A stretch of 64,000 nucleotides of DNA from Trichosphaerium sp. ATCC 40318 (Eukaryota; Protista; Tubulinea), in NCBI GenBank assembly GCA_038496445.1, contig JALMLS010000417.1, positions 64,717-128,716 of the forward strand. The letters run 5' to 3'. The translations under genes and the position numbers were made by a program. The notes beneath the pieces are model-generated. The model was not told the origin of the DNA, did not search any database, and saw only the letters and a list, made by a program, of their open reading frames with translations. Every line of letters starts with the position of its first letter. Position 1 is the first letter of the stretch. This document shows positions 12,887 through 27,211 of this stretch, in pieces.

Positions 12887-13997
12887 ATGATGGACTTGCC
12901 TACACAGTTATTTTGTAAAATAATAGTAGTTGGTGATTCTGGTACAGGGAAAACTTCACTTATCAGGTACTTCGCGACGTTATCTATAAAGTAATAACAC
13001 TACCAAGACGTTATACGCAAGGAGAGTTTACAGAACATTTCAAGGTACGTTTGTACAGACCCAAAAAAAAATCACGTGACCAAAAAAAAACTGCTAACGA
13101 AATTCCGATGTTTGTTTTGTAGGCTACTATTGGCGTTGACTTTGCGTTACATACTGTGCAATGGGAAAAAACAGAAATAAAGCTGCAGATATGGTACGGT
13201 TTAAAGTTTGCTATTGGCATTTATAGTTTTGATAGGGATATTGCTGGACAAGACAGAGCTTGTAATATGACCCGCATTTATTATAAAGTACGATAGTAGA
13301 TAAATGATTGTTGTTAATAAAAATGTGATAGGAGGCTACTGGTGCTTTAGTAGTGTTTGACTGCACCAAAATGGTATGTAAACAACCATGCTTTCTTGTC
13401 ATAACAGCATATCAAGAAAAGTTTAGAGAAGGCTGTACTGTGGAAGAGAGATATAGAAAATAAAGGTACCAAGATCCAAACACCAATTTTTTTTTGAAGC
13501 CCGAATTGCTTTATTATTTTATTCGTTGTGTTTCAAGGTCCAGACAACTCTATACTAACTTATAACTTTGAAGTGAATCTCCCAGATTCTGATTCGCCAA
13601 TACCTACCATACTTATTGCAAACAAGATTGATGAAGTCGAAAAATCAGTGAGTAACTTTTTTCTGTTTTTTATTTCGACTCCACAAACCTCATTTTAATT
13701 TTATTGTTAGGCGGAGTATAAGCTTAACTTCAGGTCTAAGATGGATTCGTGGATACAACAACAAAATTTTAGTGGATTTCAAGAAGCTAGTGCAAAGACT
13801 GGGAGAACGTGGCCATTGCTTTTGAAAAACTAGTTGCCCAAATGATGTGTATGTACTGTTTTTTTTTCGCTACTAGGTTTTTTACTAAATGCTGTAATTT
13901 AGCTTCTGTGAGAACACAACCAAGCACTTCAAAGAAACAAAATGGTACAGTATCATTAGACAAAAGCTCTGACGAGCGAGGAAGATGTTGTTCTTGA
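12887..13997 (+). CDS. RAB32: Rab32/38/29-family small GTPase
   Basis: GDSGTGKTS, ATIGVDFAL, WDIAGQDRACNMTRIYYK, ANKID, SAKTG, and C-terminal CCS. Confidence 0.85.
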
Positions 13998-14687
13998 GCA
14001 AGAATGGAGAATCTACCACAGAACATTCTAAACGTCTCAGTTATAAGGCAATGCTTGTATTGTATTTACTAGTTAAAATAACCATGGAACATCTTGTAGC
14101 TGTACTTTGTAACGTAATAAATATACCTAACACCTAGCATATCGAGCATCTATGCATAACAATCAAACCTTTTTTTTTTTTGGCATTGTAGTTCTGTACT
14201 TTTTTTGGCACTCGGAAATACTATTATCATTGAACAAGCAATCAATGACTTTGAACATCGAAAAATCAAGAAAGTAAGTTAATACAGTGTTGTTACTTGA
14301 AAGCGGTTTCGAGTGTTTATTGAATGTAATTCAGCTGAAACAGAATTATATGGGAAGGTGAACGAACGTTGCAAGTTGCAATTTGGGCTGCTAAATCCGA
14401 AAAAACTTGACGTTGCAACTATTGTCATTGTTTAATGGCCTTTAACAGTATTAAAGCGAGACAGAGTTCCACGTGAAGTTCTCATGATTTAGCCGTGGGT
14501 TTAGTGAACATATCGACGAAGAACCGCCTCTCCTAAAACGACTGTTCAAGCCCTGATTCGTTTAGTTTTCTCTGTGTAATATCAAGCAGTTTGAGGTTTC
14601 GTTTTAGGTGCCTGTCTTCCAACCATTGGCGGTGTTTTCTATGAACACAGAATTATCAAATACATTAAACTCAAACACCAACCTACA

Positions 14688-15410
14688 ATGCAGCTTATCC
14701 TCCTTTTACTATCTTGTTTATTGTATACATCACTCGCATGTTCTTGCATACGAAGAAGCGAGGAACAAATTTATTGCGATGCCGATAGCGTTATGAGAGT
14801 CAGAATATTATTCGAATGGCTTCCTTCGCCAGGTGTGTCAACCAGAAGATTCTTGGCGGAAGTAACAAGAATGCATAAGCACCCTAGTGGTTCAGTTGAT
14901 TACATAAACATCGTTACAGGGTACGTTATTCATAAAGTAGTGACTTTAACACGATAATTATAGAGGCAATTCAGCTGCATGTGGCGTTGACTTTCAAATT
15001 GGTCGTGTAAGTAAAAGAATCACGTGGTTTTTTTTGTGCGAAAAAAACTAATCGATACTTACTGGATATTCTAGGAGTATCTCGTACCAGGTAGTGTTAT
15101 CTCTCCTGCTACCCCAAATGATATTCGTGTTAACAGTTGCGGAATGCTTAACTTTTGTAATGTTCCAAACGCTGGTAACATCGACTGTCGGAATCCAGAG
15201 CCTCCTGTTGATTTAGACGATTGTGTTAATTGTCCTATTGTTCAACGTCAGTGTAGCTTTACTTGTAGCTTATGCCTCAATGTACCAAGAACATGTACCT
15301 CTTGTGCTTCATCCAGATGTTGTGACAATATCATATGCTGGAGGTCTGATACATGCACTGAGGGTTGCACCAGATCGAACTGTTGTGGCACTCATTGTGT
15401 ACCTAATTAA
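14688..15410 (+). CDS. secreted TIMP/NTR-domain protein with a Cys-rich C-terminal extension
   Basis: Signal peptide, then A|CSC...IYCDADSV, T..NSAACGVDF...EYLVPG...VNSC; two introns. Confidence 0.8.
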
Positions 15411-15584
15411 AAATAAACTATTGTCCCCGCCACAACCTTGAATAGTTCAAAGGAATCGTGTACCTTCCGTTAGTTTTCTACATTGATATAATGTGTACGG
15501 CGTATCAGTGACATCTCGTTTATTTTCACTGAAGCCTTTCTCAGTCAAAGTTTAGCTAAACTGTCAGTCAGGCAAAGCTTTTGG

Positions 15585-18500
15585 ATGTGGTGGTACCACA
15601 TCACATTGCTTGTAGTTATTTTCACTGTACGCTGTTACTCTTGCGCGATACCGATTAATGCTGACCAACAGCTCGGCAAACACGGTATGTTTTTTATGTT
15701 TACGAGTTTAAAACGGGTTTTAATAATATCTAGACAAAATAATCCAGGACGCGTCTGGAGGCAATTCTGTTGGTATTCTCTACGGTTGGGACAGCAGTAC
15801 GAAACGCTGCGTAATGACATTGTTATTTTGTTGCTAAATTAGCCTAAAACGCGATATAATACGTATTAATCGCTTTTAGACTTATTTTCTTGGCGAATAC
15901 TTGGTCATAAAGAGCTGTGTGGCAATTTAACCTTAGCTATTCACAGCAACGTTCATTTGCGTTCCGTACGCGTTAATTTTCGTCAGTGAGGGCTTACCAG
16001 TTGTTACCAACAAGGGAAACTTTTACTTCGCTCAACCATTGCTGAACCTATCAAAATGGACAGTTTCTAATGATGGGAACCTCACACAATCTTGGAGTAT
16101 CCCTTGGACAAATCTAACCAATTATGAGTCAATACAATACGAGAAATTTGGCAAATATTTAGGATCAAATAGTACGCACTTGGTGTACAGTGTGGGGAGG
16201 CTATTGCTAGGTATTATAGACACAACAGGCCCAATTGATACATATATTAATGAAAAGGCACAAACATGTAATATTACACGTGCCCTTTGCGATTTTTCGG
16301 GATGTAATCCACAAGTCAAATATGATATGAGTCCTATTACTGTTGATGGTGACCGCATACTGGTACGTGATTGTTGGTTTGTATTTTAGTATATTTATAT
16401 CCAAGTGGTATTGATTGATTTGTTAAAAGGTCGTATTGAGGAGTGATTGGTTAGGAATTGGATTGGTACTGTGTTTTGTTTTTAACGAGATGTCCAAGTT
16501 ACAGAATTTTTTTTTGTTGGTTTTTGGTGCTTTTCTGACAACTTATAGGGTGTATATGCTTTGAAGTGGAAGTACAATAGTAGTTGTAGTGTAGAGTATA
16601 TCGTACATGATTCATACAGACGGAGTACTTTATGTACGTGACAGTTCAAATCATTCAAATTCTCCTTTTTTTCTCGCTCACAGAAAAACCTTTTTGTTGG
16701 TGGAAACAAAGTAATTGAGCATAAACAGTAATCCCGTGTCTTCAAAAAAAACCAAATTACTTTGAAATGTAACCGTTCTCTGACAGAAAATAGGTATGAT
16801 TCGTGGCGATGCTAAAGTTGCTATTGTGAGGGATGAAGAGAACTTATTCTTTTTTAATACTACAAATGGGCATGCAATAGATCAAAAAAAACTGTTACAT
16901 ACAACATGTGGTATTCCTTGTGATTACTTTGGACCAACAAATCAAAGTTGTTTTTACTATTGGAAAAAGCCTTCCCTTTACAAAGAAGACAAATTCCTTA
17001 CAAGAGTTTCGCTTTCATTTGAAAAAGATGATCGTATTTCCTTATCTGAACTATCTATGTTCTCATCTCATGAATATCCTATACAAAGAGTTATACCAGC
17101 AGGCAACTACACAATTTATGATCACGGAAAGAAAAAGCCTTCTGACTCTAATGATCTTGTATGATTTATGTTGTTTTTTTTTATGTAAAGTCATGATTGC
17201 GAAACTAACTCTTGTGCTAGTTTTATATAATCCAGAGGAATAGTCGTCCAGGGTAACCCAATACATTTTACATATTTCTTTCTGTACTAATAACATACAT
17301 AGTTATTCTTTGGATAATAAACTATGTACACGCAAAACATACCATAATACAACCAATGACATACTTCCTTGTTTGTTTTGCCCTATGAATACCTTTTTAG
17401 CGTACGTTACCTTGCTATTCCAAAGATCTCATTGGAACTACAATTAGGTCTGAAACGGCATCTAAACCATGTGCGAAGTGTCCTGAATATGCGTATTGTC
17501 CATGCGGGTCCTTAAAGCCAGTAAACAAATCAATACTCGAAAAACCATATTCGACTTTTTACGCTTTTCCCGAACTTCATCAAGCAACAATACAGAATCA
17601 GTATTTTACTCAATTAGCTGATATACATGGTATATTCTTTCCACTAGCTGTGGTTTTATTTCTATTGACAATGTTACTTGGTCTTATTTCTTGTACATGT
17701 AATTACTTTGAACGCACTTCACTTAGTAAAGTGCTACAAAAAGTAGACATGTACAAGTCTCCATATACCGTTGATAAAAACGATTATATCGTATATACGG
17801 GATCTTCTGTGGGTGGTATGATAAGTATATTAGCATGTGGGTTCATGATATTAGGTACAGACTTATTATTAGAAAACGTTTGTTCTTATTTTTTTCTGAA
17901 ATTTGTTTAAGTTCATGTACTAATACAACATGAGCCTCAATTGCTTTTTTTTGCGTTTTATGTATCTGTTGATTTCTAAAAGAGTTTATTCGCAATTGAT
18001 TAACATCTTTTGTATTAGGTATTGTAGCTCTTGCAAATATCTATATTGACTTTAAGCCATTACCTTATGCACCCAATACTTTGGATTATGTTAAATCGCT
18101 TAACACTGAAAGGAAGAAAACTACACAAGCGTTTTTTGCAATGGATGAAGATGTAAAGTCTGTTTACAACGGACTTAAGTATGCAAGAGTATCCCAAGGT
18201 TTCAGTTTTTTTAAACCCTTTTTTCTCTTAGAAAGAACCTGGTAGAGTTACGTATCACGCTGCTAGATGTCGATGTATCATCATGTTACAGCGCTCATGC
18301 TTTTAGAATATTTAAAGATGGTTTAGATATCACAAACAATGTAAAAGAAACAGTGTACGCCCAATGACGTCGTGTTTTTTCGCTTATTTTTTTTTATTAG
18401 ATATGTTTATTGGGATCCTCCCAATGCAATAGAAATTACCTTGAATGTTACTTCCGATTTTGGAGAAGTAAGAAATTATAGTATTGTTGCAGATAAAGGA

Positions 18501-19312
18501 TGTGTTGTACATGCAAGTGTTGTGGACATCACGTTAGATACATTGAAAACGCAATATCATAGTAAGTTACTTCTTTGTTGTTCTCCTTTTCTAATGTATG
18601 TAGAATCGCGTCTTAAACATGTATTACATAGAAGCATGTCTTATTTACTTACTGGTAAATATGAGCTTGTAGTAGAGTTTGTACCGTTCATACGTAGAAC
18701 GATAGAGAACGGAGAAACATCTCATACAGGTATTAGTCCAATTGTTTTTTTTTAATACTTATTCACTTGACTAAGACTTCCATAGGATACACCGGTTTCT
18801 ACCAAGAATTGAATACAATTCAACAACCATGTCATTGCAATAACTCATGTATTTACTTAGAAGAAAGAAATACCAGGTATACGAAAGAAAAAGAACAAGT
18901 ATTTGAGAATTTTTTGGTTCTATTTTTCAGAATAACACGTGATTTGTTTATTGCCTGCATTTTTTTTACCGAACCCAGCTATAACCAAGTGTATCATGTT
19001 TTTCGCTCAAAAAGCTATTACCAGCATCATAAGCATATCACGTTTTTTTCGTCTTACTGATACAATAGGCTTGATGTTATCTTGAAGCATGCTTCAGTAT
19101 TTGTTGAAGAAACAGAGTCTATGAATATAAATAGCTCTGATCTTGTTTTGGGCATGGTAGTCATAGTAACACTTGTATATAATATTGGTTCTTTTGCACG
19201 TAGTCTTCTAACAAATGCAACACGGGCGATTGTAAAAAGAAAGAAAAAAGGTTCAAAAAGAAAGACCAAAAACGAGGACGAGAAACCTTTAATGACCGAC
19301 TGGATAACCTAG
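15585..19312 (+). CDS. large multi-pass membrane protein with an extracellular Cys-rich CxxCP region; function unknown
   Basis: Signal peptide, many exons, CLFCPMNTF..PCAKCPEYAYCPCG, TM segments near 17640, 17820-18030 and 19150, basic tail. Confidence 0.6.
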
Positions 19313-20011
19313 TGTATTTGGTGATGTAATAAATATACAAAATAGTTCCTATTGAGGTTGTAGTTATGTGCAAAACCGGTTTCACGGAGTGGTTACAGGC
19401 ACGTGAAACTCAAGTTAGAATACTTATTTAGTCATTCAAACAGCAGCTTTGGACATGAGATGCAAGTGGTGTTTTGTTTGGTGTTGTTACGAGGTACATA
19501 ACGTTAACTCACATACGTGACATTATTAAAAAAGCGATGGATCAAGCTACATATTCGAACACTGAAAACTGAAAAAAACTTCAAGTACAACTATGTAAAA
19601 GTGAATCGCTTTGTTTTATGCTTTACTACTTGCTCTGTTATTAGCGCTACCCCACGTGCTTATAAACATGCACCACATTAGCCTATTAGTGGGTTTTTAA
19701 GACGTTAAACTATGTCATAAATGAATGGTTTAAAGTGATTAGCAGTTTCGTAGTGGCTATTGAAGGTTTTCTTTTTTCTCGCTTCTCCTTTAACCTTTTA
19801 CAGTTGTCATATAAATAACGTAAAAGCCTGAGCCATAGGTTTTCATACAGCGAGTCCTTTTTGGCGTCTCGCAATCATTCACACTGTACGCTGAAAATCA
19901 ATGAGAGCAGAGTATTTTTCAGAAAATTGAAAAATTCCGCTCACTGTGTTACGTTTACACTTCATTATTACAAGGATCAAACCTCAGTAACAACACAAAA
20001 AAACAACAATC

Positions 20012-21461
<1,450 letters not shown>

Positions 21462-21598
21462 GTGCCTAACTACCCTTGTTTACCTACTTGTAAATGTAGA
21501 ACCAATAAACATTTATTAACTCTACTGCTTTTCGTTTATTTTTTGCTATACATGTAATTTGTTCCGTACCCGTTCTGCTTAAATCACTAGCTGTACAA

Positions 21599-21814
21599 AT
21601 GAAGTGCACTTTGTTTGCTCTTGTTAATGATGTAATCAACAGCTCACCTCCTACGCCATATCCTACAACACTCTCTCAGTCAATTGCTGCTCCAATTGTA
21701 CCAACAACTGCTGCTACAACTGACCCAACAGTGCCAAGTGCTCCATCTTCAGCTTTTACAATGGTCTTTTTCGGCTGTTTTGTACTACTGTTTTGGCAAG
21801 TAGTTTGTAAATGA
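21599..21814 (+). CDS. possible small Pro/Thr/Ser-rich peptide with a hydrophobic GPI-signal-like tail
   Basis: Composition only; lies just after the actin AATAAA. Confidence 0.3.
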   Translation: MKCTLFALVNDVINSSPPTPYPTTLSQSIAAPIVPTTAATTDPTVPSAPSSAFTMVFFGCFVLLFWQVVCK

Positions 21815-22111
21815 AACCAATACTCAAGATTCTTCAGTCAAACTTTCGGTGTTAAGTTTAAACGCACGTCAACAATCGGATAAGAATGTAACAGGGTCTC
21901 GCTCATAAATTTCAGGTTCTTTACTATTTTAGGTACATCACCTTTTTCGCTCTAAACGGTCGGGTGGCTGTAAGTAACGCACATCTAAAGGGCACAAAAA
22001 AATACAGTGACATCTTTTGATGACTTAATGTTATTGTAACTGGTGAATGTGATTCAGTTTACTTATATGTGTTGAAAGTAAATCTGTTTAATTTGGGGAA
22101 TACAAACGTAT

Positions 22112-24010
22112 TCACTTTGTGGAGTTTTCATACTCTTCAGGGCGTGCAACGAATACAAATGCATTAAAAAGTAATAAATCTTCTTCTTTTTCTTGTTCAG
22201 GGTGAAAGTTAAGAGCAAGTGATTTTCCTTTGAATTTATCCAAAACGACAGCAAAAGGAAGCTGATGCTCAATTTTCTTAATGTTTGCAATGTTTGCAAT
22301 AATAGTCCCGTCAGGATGTGGTTTACCAGTACCTAGGTGAAAAGAATAAGTGTCTAAGCATAGTCTCGAGCACGTTGTTTTACTAGTGCTGTTAATGGTC
22401 CTACTCAGTCCGACTATATTTTTTTTTGAGATAGGCCCAACTCGATTTTTAGTTGAGTCAGTAACAGTACTAGTTTTTTCAAGAATATTGTCAAAAGGCG
22501 CAGAGAGTTCTCAATAAAAATTGACTTGACTATACAAACACTGGCGAGTTCTACTGTGAGAAACGTGTGCGAAAACGATTGTAGCGAATTTAGAATACAT
22601 ATTAAAGTGAAATTTGTTTTTACACCGAACACGTGACATGTGTTTGGGAAGAAGAAAAAAAAACAACTACAGCACGTACTTATGTAACCGTTTCCCTTGG
22701 TGTAATCTTTTTTTAAGTACTCAGGTACACCATTCCATAGAAAATGTTTAGGCTGTAGAACATCTATGTAAACTTCTCTAAACAAACAAAAAGTGAGCGA
22801 AAAAAACAATTACAAAGAAAAATCTTACTTGTATAGCTGAGTCCTGACATCTCCGTCCTCTTCAAACGCCAAAGGTACTATAGCACTCATATTTGATTCT
22901 TCCCATGCACCACCTTAGAAGGATCATTTTTAAAAATAAATCAAGTATTTTTTTTTCACTAATATCTATTAACTTCACTATGGTTTACCTAGGTTTTCTG
23001 ATCCAGAGCAATGAGCAAAAACCAATTGAATAACACCTACTCCTCTATCCAAACACTCTTTGAATATGTTACCCCAGCATCTACGAACTTGTGTACAGTA
23101 AGTTAAAACGAGCAACATATTTAAAAAATAAATTTACATAAAACATACTGTCACTCTCTTCATCCCACGCGTAGTTTGTAGCGAATATAATACCATCATA
23201 TTTAGAAAACATGGACCGTACTGTGGCTTCATCAGCTTGGTTTTCATCATAGTAAACATCTGGAAAGCTCTTCTCTTCAAGGAAGTCAACATTTCTGTTT
23301 TAACTGTTTCAGTGTTTATGTTGAATTTGGATTTATTTACATACCTCAGTCCAAGTTTTTTCAATCTTTCAGCTAGTCGAGGAGCACTTGAAACATAACG
23401 GTTTGTGCATACTAAAAACTTGTACTTGAATAAACAATTTGCTATATGCAACCAACGATTCTATAAGAGAGGTCAGTCAGATACTTCAATGAGTTGAAGA
23501 AAATAAGAAAGAAATAAGTTTTTGGCTCTTCTGACCACAAGTTGGCGAAAAATTGCATGGTAGTCAGTGGTATCCCAGACGCATCGTAGAGGCGTATGTA
23601 GAGCTCGATGTGTACAAGAAACACAAAGTCAATGACTATTTTTTTCCATTCTACGCTACAAATCAAACGTGATACCAGTTTCAGTGATCTAGTACCGCAA
23701 AGCACTGTTTAGCGATAACTATTTTGTCGATGCCGTTTTTATTGTTTAAGGTGTTTGTTAATGGCTGAGTGCGTGGAAGAGTGTTGAAAGCGTGTTACGA
23801 CGCCAAACTGTTAATTTTATAACGTACTGGTCCTGGAAGGTGTGAAAGCGTTTCTTTATCTATTTTAATAGGATAATGCTCTCTACAGAGTGCCTCGACC
23901 GATGTAGAAACGAAATATCTCCACTGATGGCATACAAGGCTCCAACTCCAATAATCAGGAATATCAACGCAGTACGATAGTATTTCAGCAACAATCTCTG
24001 GTACATCCAT
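22112..24010 (-). CDS. F-box protein with an uncharacterised C-terminal region
   Basis: MDVPEIVAEILSYCVD..SLVCHQWR F-box; spliced frame ending ARPEEYENSTK*. Confidence 0.7.
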
Positions 24011-24306
24011 TGTTTTAGCCACAAAAAAAAGCGAATAGTGATTTCAACGCAAGTTTTATTTTTGTTTTTTTTCTGAATTTTAAACGTCTTCTTTTTGTTG
24101 AAACTGGTCGGATGGTTAGTGCTGTTTTACCAAATCAATGATGTAATAGTAAGTATGAAGGTGTTACATTAATACAGTGGTTGATTGTTGGTACATTACA
24201 CAATGTGAAGCTAACAAAAAAATACAAACAAGTTTTTTCGTGAGTGAATTACACGTGATAAACGAAGGTGTTTGTGAGCACTTTCCCTTTTTCGAGTTTG
24301 TGTTTT

Positions 24307-26751
24307 TTAGTTCTTCTTGAAAGAGATTGGATCTTTTAAACTCTTTTTGTAAAGTTCCTTAGCACGAACGTGTTCTTCATATTCATCAGGCCATAAAAGT
24401 AAGCATCCATTCTTTTTTGCAAATTTTTGAAATTTACTAACAAGTGATTTGTTAGTCTTGTGCATTTTGTTGGGCACTATGGCCTCAACATGCTCTGAGA
24501 AAAACAGAGGTCCATGTATTTGTATCTCTAACGATAATTGTAAGACTATAAAGCGTGAAAGAATGGTCATGTGGGTACCCTTATAAGTAGAAATACAATT
24601 CGAAGGAGCAGTAAGTTTTTGTTTTGTTGCTACTTGAACAACAGCTCTAATTAATAGATTAGTATATTTCTGTGATTCTTATAGCGTACTTTAGCTCAGC
24701 TGGATTATAAGTTTCTAAGACATGGTTGTAGTACTCACAAGATGCGATTTGAACTAAAAAGCAAAAAGTAAGTATGAAGCAACCAAAAAGAAAACTAGAT
24801 TATCACCTGCAGCGTTTGATGTATCACAACTAGCAAAAGTTGTACGAAGTCGCACTTTCTTCATGAGAAGGTATGATACACCATAAGAAGAACAACATGC
24901 CACACCGTTTGGATCATTAACAATATTCTAGATTGGTTAGCAAGCAAAACAACAAAAAAAATTGTGTACCAAAACTCCATATTTAACTCTCTCGTTTGGC
25001 TTTGCTTTGTCGTACACCTTTTTAAATATATTATTCTCCCAATTTATTCTACATTGCTTATTCTACAAAAAAGATAACACACGTTAACACAAAGTATTTG
25101 AGGGATATGTATCTTACCAAACTTCCTTTGCTTGTTTTAGTTTCAAACTGATTTCTGTATTCAGTGTCGTCTATAAATTTGCCTAATAACACAATCACGT
25201 GAGTTCTATTTTAGGCTATAAAATTAAATTTACCCAGCACTTCATCTGGGAAGTGTATAATAATAGGCGCTTCATCTCGTATGTAACGAAGCGTTAGCTT
25301 TAAATCTTTTTCTGTGAATCCTTGAGTTTTGAACTTCGCTAAAGAGTTGGTTAGATTTCAAACCAGAGATAATGTATTCATTCGTACAAAGTACTCGATT
25401 GTAAGCAGCATCAGAAGCTGTTTTTGATAAATTGACTACTTTTCTTAGAGCTGTTGATTGCATGTGGTTCAGAATACTAATCTCAGTTACTTGTTAGAAT
25501 AACAAATAAATGACAAAGAAAATCTTATGACGTACCCTACTGCTGCCACTTCTTCAGCAGGCGGTAAAAAGCATTTATCTTCATCTATATCGGCTGGGTT
25601 TTTATCTGTAAAGTATATTAGTTGCGTTTAAGATAGGAATAAGAACGAACCATAGTCCATAAGAAACGGCGAATTTACATCTATTGAAAAAAATTCAGAA
25701 TTAACTGAAAAGCTGAGTGGTCGTTATCATACCAACGAATCCGTCTTCTAACGCATTATCAAGTTCCATTGAACTGTTTAGTTCTTGTGACACAGTTAAA
25801 GATAAATCAAACTGACCCTAAAATCAGAAAAGTGAGCAATAAGGTAAATTAATAGAACAACTACAAACCTCCTGTTGCTCGTCTTCACTGACGAATTGAG
25901 GGAACACATCAAGCCTAATTTCGTTTGCGAATATACGTATAAGCTTATTTACTGCACTGAATACAGTATTATGCTTTCCTACACGTGTCTTAGATTTTGA
26001 TTAACGTTTTTTGAACTTTTCAAAGAAACACAAAAAAAAAAGCCGTTTGGCTTACCCAGCTCTGTCATCTCGCCTTCTTCATCAAAAACCATAAATTCTT
26101 CATGCTTTAGACTCTCTGGTACAACCAAAGCGTAATTATCTGACTGTAGAACGTTTTCTTCATCTTCTGGTTTTGCTTTGAATGTTACACTTATTGTACC
26201 GTCTTCTATGCTTAATTCTACGCGCGGTTAATGATAACATGAGCGTTTGAAGGTGTTTTAAAACTGACCATGAAAAATGTTGTGTTTTGGTGCGATTTCT
26301 TGTAATAAAGCAAGCTGGCGACGTCTTGACGATGGTATATCAAGGACAACGTATTTTTTAAGTGTTGCTTGCTCATGGTACGCCGATTGGTTAGTTTTTG
26401 GAGGTTGTTTTTCTAACGGCGGTTAGAAGACAGTAAGGTAGGCACTACTACGATACGAACTGGTTGGCTGTTTCTTTGATTTTTTGTGCTTCTTTGCCTT
26501 GGGTTGTTTTTTTGTAGGCGCTGCCGCTTCTCCGTTTTCTAGAGAGCGTTGTCAGTTGAAAGTGACGTTTAACGTTTTGTTTATCCTCCAAACAATATTA
26601 AACATTACAACTAACCTCTCATAGATGTAGAAAGTGCCAACAGATGATTTAAAGTGGCATCCATATCGTTTTTTAGTTCAGTAAACGTATCATTGATAAT
26701 CTCCTCTGGAATAGAAGGAAACATACTGTACAAAGGCTGAGCAGTTGCCAT
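24307..26751 (-). CDS. CUE ubiquitin-binding domain plus DUF3626-like domain protein
   Basis: N-terminal LYSMFPSIPEEIINDTF...TLNHLL (CUE). C-terminal YRNQFETKTSKG, ERVKYGVLN, YGVSYL, RTTF and YKEIQIHGPL..HVEAIV. Confidence 0.75.
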
Positions 26752-27211
26752 TTTGTTATTTCTTTAACCAACTGGCTATATTATCTGAAAATTGTTTGTG
26801 TATTGGATCAGGACTTGTGTTTCCTTATTAGGAATTTAGCCGCTTCGGTCTCAAAAGCTCGACTACAAGGAACAACAGCTGTTGGAAACGGTAGTTCAGT
26901 GTTGTTATTATGTTGTGGAACATGTCGTTTTCATCAGACATACGGTTTCTTGTAGTATTGTCCGTTTTAATTTAGGTGATTTAATGAAATCCCTTTTATC
27001 TTGTTTTAATTGTTTTTGCGTTTACCTTCCTCTTTCTTACGTATGCAGAATAAACCACATGGGTCGAGGGGTGGGGGAATAATAGTATATAAGCCAAATG
27101 AGTACTCAGTACTTGATGACAATGATAGTGGGTCGCTTTACAAGAAGAGATAGTGTAATAATTGAAATTTATTTTACAGGGTTTGTATTTAAATTGATGC
27201 ACTCTCTTTGG

